From the NCBI GenBank assembly GCA_025210555.1, contig JAOARL010000020.1, positions 72,883 through 136,882 of the forward strand: 64,000 bases of DNA. The letters are read 5' to 3'. The notes beneath the pieces are model-generated. The model ran no database searches. It was not told the DNA's origin and worked only from the letters and a program-made list of their open reading frames with translations. The position numbers and the translations under genes are program-made. This DNA is from Clostridia bacterium. Its GTDB lineage: Bacteria; Bacillota; Clostridia; Lachnospirales; JAOARL01. This document shows positions 46,872-56,803 of this stretch, one piece after another (the first letter of the stretch is position 1; every line of letters begins with the position of its first letter).

Positions 46872-46985
46872 ATGAATAAACTAGTTATATTAGCTATTAC
46901 ATTAATAGCATTGCTTGTAGGGATTATATTTTATACAACATATCCTGTTCAAAGTAAGACTGTAAACTATATAAATGCAAACTAA
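46872..46985 (+). CDS. Possible small membrane protein (37 aa), not in the ORF track
   Basis: ATG 46872 after AGAGGGGAG. MNKLVILAITLIALLVGIIFY is a single TM helix. Followed by a terminator. Confidence 0.35.
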   Translation: MNKLVILAITLIALLVGIIFYTTYPVQSKTVNYINAN

Positions 46986-46986
46986 T

Positions 46987-47013
46987 AAAAAACTCATATA
47001 TGTGAGTTTTTTT
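46987..47013. terminator. Bidirectional terminator
   Basis: AAAAACTCATA-TA-TGTGAGTTTTT with A- and T-runs on either side. Sits between convergent genes. Confidence 0.75.
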
Positions 47014-47014
47014 G

Positions 47015-47254
47015 TTATATAATCATTGAATTTACAGATACATCATCGAACTGGTTAAGATCTTTTTCAAGTTTTGTTATGTCTTCGCTAAGACCAATAG
47101 TTTGAAGTATTATAAGTCCGCTCTCAGTGCACCCTGCTTCAGAACATCCTAATCTAGTCTTAATTAGACATCCATGTTTTGTAAGAATATCTTGAACTTT
47201 AGATGCATGAGATGATCTTGCTGATATTCTAATTGCAACAATTTTTGTAATCAT
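47015..47254 (-). CDS. Small ACT/ferredoxin-fold-like protein, possibly TM1266-type (putative iron-only hydrogenase system regulator family)
   Basis: 79 aa with a beta-alpha-beta-beta-alpha-beta pattern (IVAIRISARS..ASKVQDILTKHG.LIKTRLG....GLIILQTIG....I..LE.DL......V). Family call is from memory and tentative. Confidence 0.35.
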   Translation of the reverse strand: MITKIVAIRISARSSHASKVQDILTKHGCLIKTRLGCSEAGCTESGLIILQTIGLSEDITKLEKDLNQFDDVSVNSMII

Positions 47255-47356
47255 GTAAAATTCCTCCTTAATATATTTGCTTTGATTATATCTATTAATG
47301 GGGGAAAAAACAAGGTATATATGGTATAATAGTACTGATAAATTTGGAGGTATGAT

Positions 47357-49489
47357 ATGGATAAAATAGTAGGAAAGATAGTTAGTGACTTAGGAATAAG
47401 AGAAAATCAAGTTATAGCAACAATAAAACTTATAGATGAAGGTAATACAATACCTTTTATATCACGTTATAGAAAAGAGATGACGGGTGGTCTTAATGAT
47501 GAAATATTAAGAGATCTTTATGATAAGTTAGTATATTACAGAAATTTAGAAGAAAAAAAGGAAGATGTAATAAGACTTATAGATGAACAGGGGAAACTTA
47601 CAGATGAACTTAAAAAGAGTATAGAAGAAGCAACAACTATTACAGAGGTTGATGATATTTATAGACCATATAGACCTAAAAAAAGAACAAGAGCAACTAT
47701 TGCAAAAGAAAAAGGTTTAGAGCCATTAGCTGAAGTTATAATTAAGCAAGATGGTACAGATATAGAAAAAGAGGCAGAGAAATATATAGATGAAGAGAAA
47801 GAAGTGTTAACAGTAGAGGATGCAATAAAAGGTGCCTCAGATATAATTGCAGAAACTATATCAGATAATGCAGATTATAGAAAAATAATAAGAAAAGAAA
47901 CTTTTTTTAATGGTTTTGTTGTTTCAAACAAAGCTAAGGGAGAAGATGAAAAGCAAGTTTATGAAATGTATTATGAATACAAAGAAATGATAAAGAAGGT
48001 TCCAGGACATAGAATTTTAGCTATGAACAGAGGGGAAAAAGAGAAAATATTATCAATTAAGATAGATGTTGAAGTAGAAAATATTTATAGAAAACTGGAA
48101 TATAAGATTATGAAGAAAGAGTCAAAGCTTATAAAGGATATAATAGAAGACTCATATAAAAGACTTATAGCGCCAGCAATAGAAAGAGAATTAAGAAATG
48201 ACTTAACCGAAAAAGCTGAAGAAGGAGCGATGAAAGTATTTAAGGGTAACTTAGAACAACTTCTTATGCAAGCACCTATAAAAGATAAGGTTGTATTAGG
48301 GTTAGATCCTGCATATAGAACCGGGTGTAAAATAGCAGTAGTAGATGGGACTGGTAAAGTATTAGATAACACAGTCGTATATCCAACACCACCTCAAAAT
48401 AAGGTTGAGGAAGCCAATAAAGTAATTAAAGGATTAATTGAAAAATATAATGTTGATGTAGTATCAATAGGAAATGGAACAGCTTCAAGAGAAGCGGAAG
48501 AATTTACAGCAAACCTAATTAAAAATATGGATAGAGTTGTTTATTATGTAATAGTTAATGAAGCGGGTGCGTCAGTGTATTCAGCGTCAAAACTTGCAAC
48601 AGAGGAATTTCCAAATTTTGATGTAGGAACTAGATCAGCAGCATCGATAGCAAGAAGATTACAAGATCCACTTGCAGAGTTAGTTAAAATTGACCCTAAA
48701 GCAATAGGAATAGGGCAATACCAGCATGATATGAATCAGAAAAGATTATCAGAAACATTAGGTGGAGTTGTTGAAGATAGTGTTAATAGTGTTGGTGTAG
48801 ATATTAATACAGCTTCAAGTTCACTTCTTGAATATGTATCGGGAATAAGCAAGGTAATAGCTAAAAACATTATTGAATATAGAAAAGAAAATGGTAAATT
48901 TACAAGCAGAAAAGAGCTTTTAAAAGTAGCTAAGCTAGGACCAAAAGCATTTGAACAAAGTGCAGGGTTCTTAAGAATTCCTGAAGCTAAGGAAATATTA
49001 GATAGTACAGCAGTGCATCCAGAAAGCTATAAAGCTGCAAAAATGCTATTAGACATAACAGGAAATACAGCGGAAGATATTAAGGCTAAGAAAGTAGATT
49101 TAAGTAAGGTAAATAATAAAAGTGAAATTGCTGAGCAAATTGGTGTTGGAATTATGACGCTTGAAGATATAATAAGTGAGATTGAAAAACCAGGTAGAGA
49201 TAAAAGAGAAGATATGCCAAAGCCAATATTAAAATCAGATGTACTATCTATGGATGACTTATATGTAGGGTTAGTGTTAGATGGAACAGTAAGAAACATC
49301 GTGGATTTCGGTGCTTTTATTGATATAGGTGTTCATCAAGATGGGTTAGTTCATATATCTCAAATGAGTGATACATTTATAAAAAATCCTATGGATATAG
49401 TTTCAGTAGGAGATATAGTAAAAGTTAAAATAATAGAATTTGATAAAGATAGAGGAAGAATATCATTCTCTATGAAGGGGGTTAATTAA
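47357..49489 (+). CDS. tex: Tex-family RNA-binding transcriptional accessory protein
   Basis: NTIPFI.RYRKE.TG N-terminus, YqgF-like and HhH regions, C-terminal S1 domain (G.V...V.FGAF.DIGVHQDGLVHIS). Confidence 0.93.
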   Translation: MDKIVGKIVSDLGIRENQVIATIKLIDEGNTIPFISRYRKEMTGGLNDEILRDLYDKLVYYRNLEEKKEDVIRLIDEQGKLTDELKKSIEEATTITEVDDIYRPYRPKKRTRATIAKEKGLEPLAEVIIKQDGTDIEKEAEKYIDEEKEVLTVEDAIKGASDIIAETISDNADYRKIIRKETFFNGFVVSNKAKGEDEKQVYEMYYEYKEMIKKVPGHRILAMNRGEKEKILSIKIDVEVENIYRKLEYKIMKKESKLIKDIIEDSYKRLIAPAIERELRNDLTEKAEEGAMKVFKGNLEQLLMQAPIKDKVVLGLDPAYRTGCKIAVVDGTGKVLDNTVVYPTPPQNKVEEANKVIKGLIEKYNVDVVSIGNGTASREAEEFTANLIKNMDRVVYYVIVNEAGASVYSASKLATEEFPNFDVGTRSAASIARRLQDPLAELVKIDPKAIGIGQYQHDMNQKRLSETLGGVVEDSVNSVGVDINTASSSLLEYVSGISKVIAKNIIEYRKENGKFTSRKELLKVAKLGPKAFEQSAGFLRIPEAKEILDSTAVHPESYKAAKMLLDITGNTAEDIKAKKVDLSKVNNKSEIAEQIGVGIMTLEDIISEIEKPGRDKREDMPKPILKSDVLSMDDLYVGLVLDGTVRNIVDFGAFIDIGVHQDGLVHISQMSDTFIKNPMDIVSVGDIVKVKIIEFDKDRGRISFSMKGVN

Positions 49490-50451
49490 TGAAAAGATTA
49501 TTAATGTTAATGTTAGCTATTAGTTTAATCGTTTCAGGATGTACAAGTAAAAAAGATTCTAAAGAAACTATTAATATACTTACAGGTATTGATCCAATTA
49601 AGACTTTTGTAGAGAAAGTTGCTGGAGATAAGGTTGTAGTAACGTCTCTTATAAAAGAAGGGAATAGTCCGGTAATATCTAAATTTACACCAAAGCAAAT
49701 GACTTTAGTTGAAGATACTGATTTATATTTTTATACAGGTGTGCCAGCAGAAATTAATTTAGTTGAAAAACTTCCAATGGACAATTTAGAATTAGTTGAT
49801 TTATTAGATAAGGTTGCAGATGTTTATCCAGAAATAAAGTTATATGAAGAACATGAAGAGGATATGCATCATGAAGAACATGAAGAGGATATGCATCATG
49901 AAGAACATGAAGAAGATATGCATCATGAAGAACATGAAGAAGATATGCATCATGAAGGACACGTTCATGGGCCAGTAGATCCACATATTTGGTTATCTCC
50001 AAAGAGAGCAATCGAAATAGTTAAAATAATAAGTGTTGAACTTAGTGAAATTGATGAAGAAAACAAAGAGTATTATGAAGATAATGCGGCTAAATACATA
50101 GAAGAGTTGAAGCTATTAGACAAAGAAATAAAAGATGAAATAACAGGTGGAAATATATTGGTATTCCATTCATCATTTAGTTATTTTGCAGATGATTATG
50201 GAATTAACTTAATATCTGTTGAAGAAAATGGAAAAAAAGCTTCAATAAATAGAATTGCAAGTATAATAGAAGAAGCTAAAGAACTTGAAATTGACAAAGT
50301 TTTTTATCAAGGAGAGTTTGATAAGAGTCAAGTTCAAAGTATAGCTGATGAACTGGGCGTTGAATTAATAGAAATAAAAGCTTTGACGGGAGATTATATA
50401 AACAATCTAAGAGATATAAAGAATAAAATAAAGGATAAAAACAATGATTAA
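49489..50451 (+). CDS. znuA: Zinc ABC transporter substrate-binding lipoprotein (ZnuA/AdcA-like) with a His/Glu-rich loop
   Basis: Lipobox VSGC. DPHIWLSP motif. Central EEHEEDMHH x4 loop. TAATG overlap with the tex stop. Confidence 0.85.
   Translation: MKRLLMLMLAISLIVSGCTSKKDSKETINILTGIDPIKTFVEKVAGDKVVVTSLIKEGNSPVISKFTPKQMTLVEDTDLYFYTGVPAEINLVEKLPMDNLELVDLLDKVADVYPEIKLYEEHEEDMHHEEHEEDMHHEEHEEDMHHEEHEEDMHHEGHVHGPVDPHIWLSPKRAIEIVKIISVELSEIDEENKEYYEDNAAKYIEELKLLDKEIKDEITGGNILVFHSSFSYFADDYGINLISVEENGKKASINRIASIIEEAKELEIDKVFYQGEFDKSQVQSIADELGVELIEIKALTGDYINNLRDIKNKIKDKNND
49846..49953 (+). repeat. 27-bp in-frame tandem repeat x4 (His-rich loop of ZnuA)
   Basis: GAAGAACATGAAGA(G/A)GATATGCATCAT repeated four times head to tail. 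Confidence 0.9.
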
Positions 50452-51151
50452 ATTAATTGATGTGGGTGTTAATATTGAAAACAACAATATATTGGAAGGT
50501 ATTAATTTAGAAATTAATAAAGGAGATTTTTTAGCTATATTAGGTCCAAATGGTGGTGGAAAGACGACTCTTATAAAATTAATGTTAGGACTAATAGAAC
50601 CAAATCAAGGTAAAGTTGAAAAATCACCTAAGCTTAATATAGGATATGTTCCACAATTTAACACGTTTAATAAAATGTTTCCTATAAAAGTTAGAGATGT
50701 AGTTTTGTCTGGTAAAATTGATAAAGGCATTAAACTGTTTAAAAAATATAGTTTAGGCGATAAAAAAGAAGTTTTTGAAGTTTGCAAAAAATTAGGAATT
50801 GAAAATCTTCTAGATAGAAAAGTTGATAAATTATCAGGTGGAGAAGTTCAAAAAGTACTTATTGCTAGAGCACTTGTATCAAAACCAGAACTTATAGTGC
50901 TTGATGAACCTACAGCAAGTTTGGATAGAGATTCTAAAAAAAGCATATACGAATTATTAAATAAGCTTAATAAGGATATATCGGTAGTTGTAGTCAGTCA
51001 TGATACACATGTAATAAGCAAATATACAAAAAATATATTTTGTGTAAATAAAACTGGACATTGCCATGTAGATACTAAAGAACATTTTGAAGAAGTTTAT
51101 GGGGAAAACATGGAGGAAATTGTGCATAGGGAGTTGGATAGCCATGATTAA
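50444..51151 (+). CDS. znuC: Zinc ABC transporter ATP-binding protein
   Basis: Walker A GPNGGGKTT, signature LSGGE.QKV, Walker B LDEPT. Confidence 0.85.
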   Translation: MIKLIDVGVNIENNNILEGINLEINKGDFLAILGPNGGGKTTLIKLMLGLIEPNQGKVEKSPKLNIGYVPQFNTFNKMFPIKVRDVVLSGKIDKGIKLFKKYSLGDKKEVFEVCKKLGIENLLDRKVDKLSGGEVQKVLIARALVSKPELIVLDEPTASLDRDSKKSIYELLNKLNKDISVVVVSHDTHVISKYTKNIFCVNKTGHCHVDTKEHFEEVYGENMEEIVHRELDSHD

Positions 51152-51947
51152 TAATATTTTAAGCTATGCATTTTTACAAAACGCCATAATGTCAATTGTA
51201 ATGGTAAGCATAATATGTGGAATAATTGGGTCAATAATAGTTGAGAAAAAGGCGGTAATGTTAAGTGGGGGTATAGCACATATATCTTTTGCAGGTATTG
51301 GTTTAGGATTTTTTTTAGGAATAGAACCTATAATACCAGCTCTGATAGTGGCCGTACTAGCAACTTTTGTGATATCAATAATTAATAGAAGAACAGATAC
51401 AAATACTGATTCAGTAATAGGAATATTTTGGTCGTTTGGTATGGCGTTAGGTATATTTTTTGCTTTTTTTAGCAAAGGATACAATCCTGATATGCTTTCA
51501 TATCTGTTTGGAGATGTATTAACAATTTCTAGGTTTTATTTAAATTTAGAAGTAGTAATAACTCTTGCTAATATTATATTAGTAACAGCAATGTATGAAT
51601 ATATAAAACCCTATTTATTTGATGAGACGCATTTTGAGATAAGAGTAAGTAAGAATAGTTTAATGGAAATATTACTTAATGTAATGATTGCAGTTAGTAT
51701 AGTTATATTAATAAAAGTTGTTGGTATAATTTTAATTATAGCAATGTTAACAATACCGGTAACAATAGCGAAAAAATATATAAATGATTTTAAATATGTG
51801 ATGATAGCATCAGCCATAATTAGCATAGTTTTATCATTTGCAGGGTTATATATATCATATATATTAGATGTTCCAGCAAGTGCAACAATTATAATTGTCA
51901 TGTCTGTTGTATATTTTGCAACAATAGTATTTAGAAGGAGAAAATGA
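51144..51947 (+). CDS. znuB: Zinc ABC transporter permease
   Basis: Polytopic ABC-3 type permease. Start at ATG 51144, which overlaps the znuC stop (ATGA); the track ORF is 5'-extended. Confidence 0.85.
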   Translation: MINNILSYAFLQNAIMSIVMVSIICGIIGSIIVEKKAVMLSGGIAHISFAGIGLGFFLGIEPIIPALIVAVLATFVISIINRRTDTNTDSVIGIFWSFGMALGIFFAFFSKGYNPDMLSYLFGDVLTISRFYLNLEVVITLANIILVTAMYEYIKPYLFDETHFEIRVSKNSLMEILLNVMIAVSIVILIKVVGIILIIAMLTIPVTIAKKYINDFKYVMIASAIISIVLSFAGLYISYILDVPASATIIIVMSVVYFATIVFRRRK

Positions 51948-51948
51948 A

Positions 51949-52368
51949 ATGATATATGAAACATATTCTGAAGAAGAAACAAAAAAAATTGGATATGAAA
52001 TTGCTAAAAAGGCAAAAGAAGGAGAAGTGTATTGTTTAGAAGGAGATCTAGGTGTAGGTAAAACTGTTTTCACTAAAGGATTTGCGGAAGGTCTAGAAAT
52101 TACTGAACATATTACAAGTCCTACATTTACAATTGTTAATGAGTATACTGGCAAATATAAGTTTAATCATTTTGATGTATACAGAATAGAAAGTAGTGAA
52201 GAAATGGAAGAGATTGGGTTTGACGAATATATATATTCAGATGCTATAACTCTAATTGAATGGCCAAGTCTTATTAGTGATATACTTCCAAGTGAGTGTA
52301 TAAATATAACAATAAAAAAAGATCTTTCAAAAGGTCTGGATTATAGAAAAATAGAAATTCTAAAATAA
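51949..52368 (+). CDS. tsaE: tRNA t6A37 biosynthesis ATPase TsaE
   Basis: L.GDLG.GKT.F.KG ... SPTF..V..Y ... HFD.YR. Confidence 0.9.
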   Translation: MIYETYSEEETKKIGYEIAKKAKEGEVYCLEGDLGVGKTVFTKGFAEGLEITEHITSPTFTIVNEYTGKYKFNHFDVYRIESSEEMEEIGFDEYIYSDAITLIEWPSLISDILPSECINITIKKDLSKGLDYRKIEILK

Positions 52369-52391
52369 CCTCTTTTTAAAGGGGTTTTTTA
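52366..52391 (+). terminator. Rho-independent terminator after tsaE
   Basis: AACCTCTTT-TT-AAAGGGGTT then TTTT. Confidence 0.6.
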
Positions 52392-52451
52392 ATTACAATA
52401 AAAGCCATATATGTTATAATATTCCTAATATAAAGGATAGGAGATGATTAT

Positions 52452-53165
52452 TTGAAGGTTTTAGCATTAGACACAGCAAGCAAGGTTTCGACAGTAGCTA
52501 TAATAGAAGATAACAAGTTAATAGGAGAGTTTACTGTTAATTCATCAAAAACACACTCAAAAATGCTTATGCCTATAATAGATGAAGTATTAAAATATAC
52601 AGAAACAGAGTTAGATGAAATTGATTATATAGCAGTTTCTTCAGGACCTGGATCTTTTACAGGTCTTAGAATAGGAGCAGCAACAGTAAAAGGAATAGCT
52701 CATGGTAAAAACATACCAATAATAGGAGTGCCTACACTAGATGGCTTAGCACATAATGTTATATATACAGATATGTATATATGTCCAATTATAGATGCTA
52801 AAAGAAATGAAGTTTTTGCAGCTATATATAAATCAAACAAAGAAAAAATAAATATGATTTCAGAGCATGAGTTAATCAATATAGATGAATTAATGTTTAA
52901 ATTAGAGGAACTAGATAGCGACATTATTTTTGTTGGTGATGCTGTAGAAGTACAACAAGATAGAATTAAAGAATTATTAGGTGAGAAAGCAATATTTGGA
53001 ATGCATACAGTAAATATGCAAAAGGCATCTTCAATAGGGCTAGCAGCATTTGAATATATTGATCAGGGTATAGTAAACAACTACATAAACTTTGAACCAA
53101 TATACTTAAAAAAATCTCAGGCTGAAATAGAAAGAGAAGATAATGAACGTAAGAAAAGTAATTGA
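52452..53165 (+). CDS. tsaB: tRNA t6A37 biosynthesis protein TsaB
   Basis: LALDT......VA ... GPGSFTGLRIG....KG.A. TTG start. Confidence 0.9.
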   Translation: MKVLALDTASKVSTVAIIEDNKLIGEFTVNSSKTHSKMLMPIIDEVLKYTETELDEIDYIAVSSGPGSFTGLRIGAATVKGIAHGKNIPIIGVPTLDGLAHNVIYTDMYICPIIDAKRNEVFAAIYKSNKEKINMISEHELINIDELMFKLEELDSDIIFVGDAVEVQQDRIKELLGEKAIFGMHTVNMQKASSIGLAAFEYIDQGIVNNYINFEPIYLKKSQAEIEREDNERKKSN

Positions 53166-53574
53166 TAGTGATATTGAAAGACTTTTGGAAATAGAAAAAG
53201 AAAACTTTCCAGATCCTTGGACTAAGGAAATGTTTTTGAATACATCAGCTGATATATATATACTTTTAAATGCAGAAGAGATTGTTGGTTATATAGAAGT
53301 GATGCTAGTAATTGATGAACTACATATAAATAATATTGCTATTTCTGATCAATATAAAGGAAGTGGAGCAAGTAAATATTTATATGATGAAGTCATAAAA
53401 AAATATGGTAAAATAATAGGTGTAACATTAGAAGTAAGAAGTGGAAATTATAGAGCAATAAAATTTTATGAAAAATTAGGATTTGAAAAATATGGATTAA
53501 GAAAAAATTATTATACTAATCCTAAAGAAGATGCGTTAATTATGTGGAATTATGCGAAAGGGGAGAGCAAATGA
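53143..53574 (+). CDS. rimI: Ribosomal-protein-alanine N-acetyltransferase
   Basis: GNAT fold (LEVR..N..A...YEKLGF). Conserved position after tsaB. 23-nt overlap with tsaB. Confidence 0.85.
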   Translation: MNVRKVIDSDIERLLEIEKENFPDPWTKEMFLNTSADIYILLNAEEIVGYIEVMLVIDELHINNIAISDQYKGSGASKYLYDEVIKKYGKIIGVTLEVRSGNYRAIKFYEKLGFEKYGLRKNYYTNPKEDALIMWNYAKGESK

Positions 53575-55970
53575 AACGTAGTAAAAAATTAAGTTATGAG
53601 GAATTATCACACAAGTGTGATTTTAGCAAATTAGATTTTAAATCAACAAAGGAAGTTGAGCCGATTTTTGAAATAATAGGCCAAAATAGAGCTGAAAAAG
53701 CTATGGAATTTGGACTTAATATAGATATTAAAGGGTATAATATTTATATGTCTGGACCAACAGGAGTTGGTAAAACAAGTTATGCACTTAATCATATAAC
53801 TGAAATAGCAAAAGGTAAGGAAATTCCAAACGATTGGTGTTATGTTTATAATTTTGAAAACAAATCACATCCAAGAGTTCTTGAATTTGAAGCTGGACAA
53901 GCTAAACTTTTTGCAAAAGATATAGACAAAATGGTAGAAGATATGATTATTGATATACCAAAAATGTTTAATGCAGAAACTTATGATGCTGAGAAAATAA
54001 AAATTGTAAGAAAGTACCAACTTCAAAAAGATGAAGTTATGAAGGAACTTAAGAAAAAAGCTAAAGATATGGGATTTGTTGTTAAAAGTAATGAATCTAC
54101 AATATACTTTATGCCTATTGTTAATGGAGAAACTCTTGATGAAGAAAAATACAATGAATTAAGTGAAAAGAAAAAAGATGAAATTAACAAAAAATCTATG
54201 GAGATTCAAGTAGATGCTGAAGAAATTATGAAAAGTGTAAGAGAGCTTGATAAGAATTTCAAATCAGATATGGATGAACTTGAAAAAACAACAGGTGATT
54301 TGGCTATCAACCATCATATAGTTCAAATGAAAAAGAAATATGAAGAAGTGGATAAGGTAGATGAGTATTTAGATGCTCTTAAAAAAGATGTTATTGAAAA
54401 TATTAGAGAGTTTTTAGATGAAGAAGGTGAAGCTGAGGAAGAAAGTATAATTCCTTGGACAGTAAAGAAAGATTTGAAAGAAGTTACACGTAAATATAAA
54501 GTTAACTTATTTATTGATAACTCAAAACTTGAAGGAGCACCAGTTGTAATAGATTCTAATCCAACTTATGACAAGCTTATTGGTAAGGTTGAATATGAAA
54601 ATGAAATGGGTAACTTAGTTACTGATTTTGAAAAGATAAAACCAGGACTATTACACAAAGCTAATGGAGGATATTTGATTTTACAAGCTAAGGATTTGTT
54701 ATCTAATCAATATTCTTGGGAAGCACTTAAGAGAGCTCTTAAGCTAAAAGAAATACATATTGAAAGTTTGAGAGACCAATATTCATTAGTTTCAATAGTT
54801 ACTCTTAAGCCAGAAGAAATTCCGTTAGATGTAAAAGTAGTATTAGTAGGTGGGGAAGATATTTACCATATGCTATATGACTATGATGAAGAGTTTAATA
54901 AGTACTTTAAAGTAAGAGTTGATTTTAATGGTGAAATGGAAAATAATGCAGAAAATGCACTTAGAATAGCAGAGTTTGTTAGAGCATTTGTAGACAATGA
55001 AAAAACTAATCACTTTAACAAAAAAGCTGTTGAAGAAATAATTAAGTATTCTTCAAGAATGTGTGAAAGTAGAGATAAGCTTTCTACTAAATTTAATAAA
55101 ATGATAGAAATATTATCAGAGGCTGCAACATTCTCTAAACTTGAGGGAAAGAAACTTGTAACGGACAAGCATGTAGAGAGAGCTATAGTAGAAAGAGAAT
55201 ATAGATCAAATTTATATGAAGAAAGAATGAGAGAGCTTACGGAAAAAGAAGTATTCTTAATAGATACTAAAGGTGAAGCTGTTGGGCAAATTAATGGACT
55301 TGCTGTTTTAGATACAGGAGATTATACATTTGGAAGACCTCAAAGAATTACAGCTACTACATATATGGGTGGAGCTGGAGTTGTAAACATAGAAAAAGAA
55401 GCAGATCTTAGTGGTAACATACATGATAAAGGTATAAATATATTAGGTGGTTATTTAGGGCAAAAATATGCTCAAGAGTTCCCATTAACATTATCTTGTA
55501 GAATAGCATTTGAACAAAGTTATGGTGGAGTAGATGGAGATAGTGCATCAAGTACTGAGTTATATGCTATACTATCATCTCTTTCAGATCTTCCAATAAC
55601 ACAAGAAATTGCAGTTACAGGATCTATAAACCAAAAAGGAGAAATACAACCAATTGGTGGTGTTAATCATAAAATAGAAGGATTCTATAAGCTTTGTAAG
55701 CACAGAGGTCTTACAGGTAATCAAGGAGTTATAATACCATATCAAAATGTAAATGATTTAGTATTAAAAGATGAAGTAATGGATTCAATTAAAAAAGGAA
55801 AGTTTAGTGTATATGCAATTAAAAATATAGAAGAAGGAATTGAAATTTTAACAGGAGCAAAAGCTGGTAAAAAAGGGAAAAACGGTAAATATCCTAAAGA
55901 TTCTATACATGGAAAGGTTTATGACAAACTTACTAAGTTTCATGATAATTTAAGTAAAGGTGGAAAATAA
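53571..55970 (+). CDS. Lon-like (LonC/AAA_32-type) protease
   Basis: Walker A GPTGVGKTS. Long coiled insertion. Walker-B position reads GGYLILQAKD with no hhhhDE. Lon proteolytic dyad context is present (GDSAS ... GGV..K). ATG 53571 overlaps the rimI stop. Confidence 0.85.
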   Translation: MKRSKKLSYEELSHKCDFSKLDFKSTKEVEPIFEIIGQNRAEKAMEFGLNIDIKGYNIYMSGPTGVGKTSYALNHITEIAKGKEIPNDWCYVYNFENKSHPRVLEFEAGQAKLFAKDIDKMVEDMIIDIPKMFNAETYDAEKIKIVRKYQLQKDEVMKELKKKAKDMGFVVKSNESTIYFMPIVNGETLDEEKYNELSEKKKDEINKKSMEIQVDAEEIMKSVRELDKNFKSDMDELEKTTGDLAINHHIVQMKKKYEEVDKVDEYLDALKKDVIENIREFLDEEGEAEEESIIPWTVKKDLKEVTRKYKVNLFIDNSKLEGAPVVIDSNPTYDKLIGKVEYENEMGNLVTDFEKIKPGLLHKANGGYLILQAKDLLSNQYSWEALKRALKLKEIHIESLRDQYSLVSIVTLKPEEIPLDVKVVLVGGEDIYHMLYDYDEEFNKYFKVRVDFNGEMENNAENALRIAEFVRAFVDNEKTNHFNKKAVEEIIKYSSRMCESRDKLSTKFNKMIEILSEAATFSKLEGKKLVTDKHVERAIVEREYRSNLYEERMRELTEKEVFLIDTKGEAVGQINGLAVLDTGDYTFGRPQRITATTYMGGAGVVNIEKEADLSGNIHDKGINILGGYLGQKYAQEFPLTLSCRIAFEQSYGGVDGDSASSTELYAILSSLSDLPITQEIAVTGSINQKGEIQPIGGVNHKIEGFYKLCKHRGLTGNQGVIIPYQNVNDLVLKDEVMDSIKKGKFSVYAIKNIEEGIEILTGAKAGKKGKNGKYPKDSIHGKVYDKLTKFHDNLSKGGK

Positions 55971-56794
55971 TGAAAAAATATGCTTTTTATTTAATAGTTA
56001 TATATATATTCTTAAGGTTGTTTAATATAAACAACTTTGAGGATCTTAATAAAACACTAAGTAGAGCTTGGGATGAGAGAGATAATTTTATAGAGCTGGT
56101 TACAGAAGCTTTTTCTGAAGTAGAAGAAGATTATGATAATATATATAATGATGACTTAAAATATATTTCTGCAAGTGAAAAAATCAAAAAAGATGTTGAA
56201 AATAATAGGGATATGTTTTTGACAGTAAGAATCTCAAAAGATGAAGAAGCATATATATTCTCAGATGTTAATTTTTCTCTAAAGATAAATAGTACATCTT
56301 TAAAAGATGCAGGATTAAATATGTTTAGAAAAATAGAAGATACAAAGGCAGAAGATATCGAAGATTTAAAAATTATAGGTGGAAGTAATATTTATAGCCT
56401 TGATGATTTAATTGATATAGTAGATGAAGAAAATTATAAAGGGAATTTGTATTTATATCTTGCAGATTCTAAAGGAGAAGCAGCAGACGCTATATTAAAT
56501 GAAGTTAAGGATTTAAAAGTAACAATATTAGTAGATAATAAAAAGGATTATGACAAAGTTGAATTTGATAATAAGGGATTGTACATTAAAGATGATATCA
56601 AATTAGATGAGAATATTGAATTTGCAATTGTTAGAGAGGAATATATAAAGAGTAATCATAAAAATATAAATAGATTATTTGCAATAAAAACAGCGCTTAA
56701 TGAAAAGTTTAAAGTTAATGAGATTAACTCATTAGATAAAAAATATAAAACAAATGGTTTTGTTGTTAGTAATATAGAAGACATATTAAAATAG
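55970..56794 (+). CDS. Hypothetical membrane-anchored protein (274 aa)
   Basis: TAATG overlap with the Lon-like gene. RBS AAGGTGGA. Single N-terminal TM. Confidence 0.5.
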   Translation: MKKYAFYLIVIYIFLRLFNINNFEDLNKTLSRAWDERDNFIELVTEAFSEVEEDYDNIYNDDLKYISASEKIKKDVENNRDMFLTVRISKDEEAYIFSDVNFSLKINSTSLKDAGLNMFRKIEDTKAEDIEDLKIIGGSNIYSLDDLIDIVDEENYKGNLYLYLADSKGEAADAILNEVKDLKVTILVDNKKDYDKVEFDNKGLYIKDDIKLDENIEFAIVREEYIKSNHKNINRLFAIKTALNEKFKVNEINSLDKKYKTNGFVVSNIEDILK

Positions 56795-56803
56795 GAGGCA
56801 ACT

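Noticed and set aside
49457-49469. Inverted repeat AGAAT-ATC-ATTCT just upstream of znuA as a Zur operator
   Set aside because: It has only 5-bp arms, lies inside the tex coding sequence, and does not resemble the TCGTAAT-N-ATTACGA-type Zur box I know from Firmicutes.
53571-55970. Lon-like protease as a BREX BrxL or other defence-island component
   Set aside because: No pglX/pglZ/brxA-C, methyltransferase, or other defence genes lie nearby. The gene is embedded in the tsaE-tsaB-rimI housekeeping operon.
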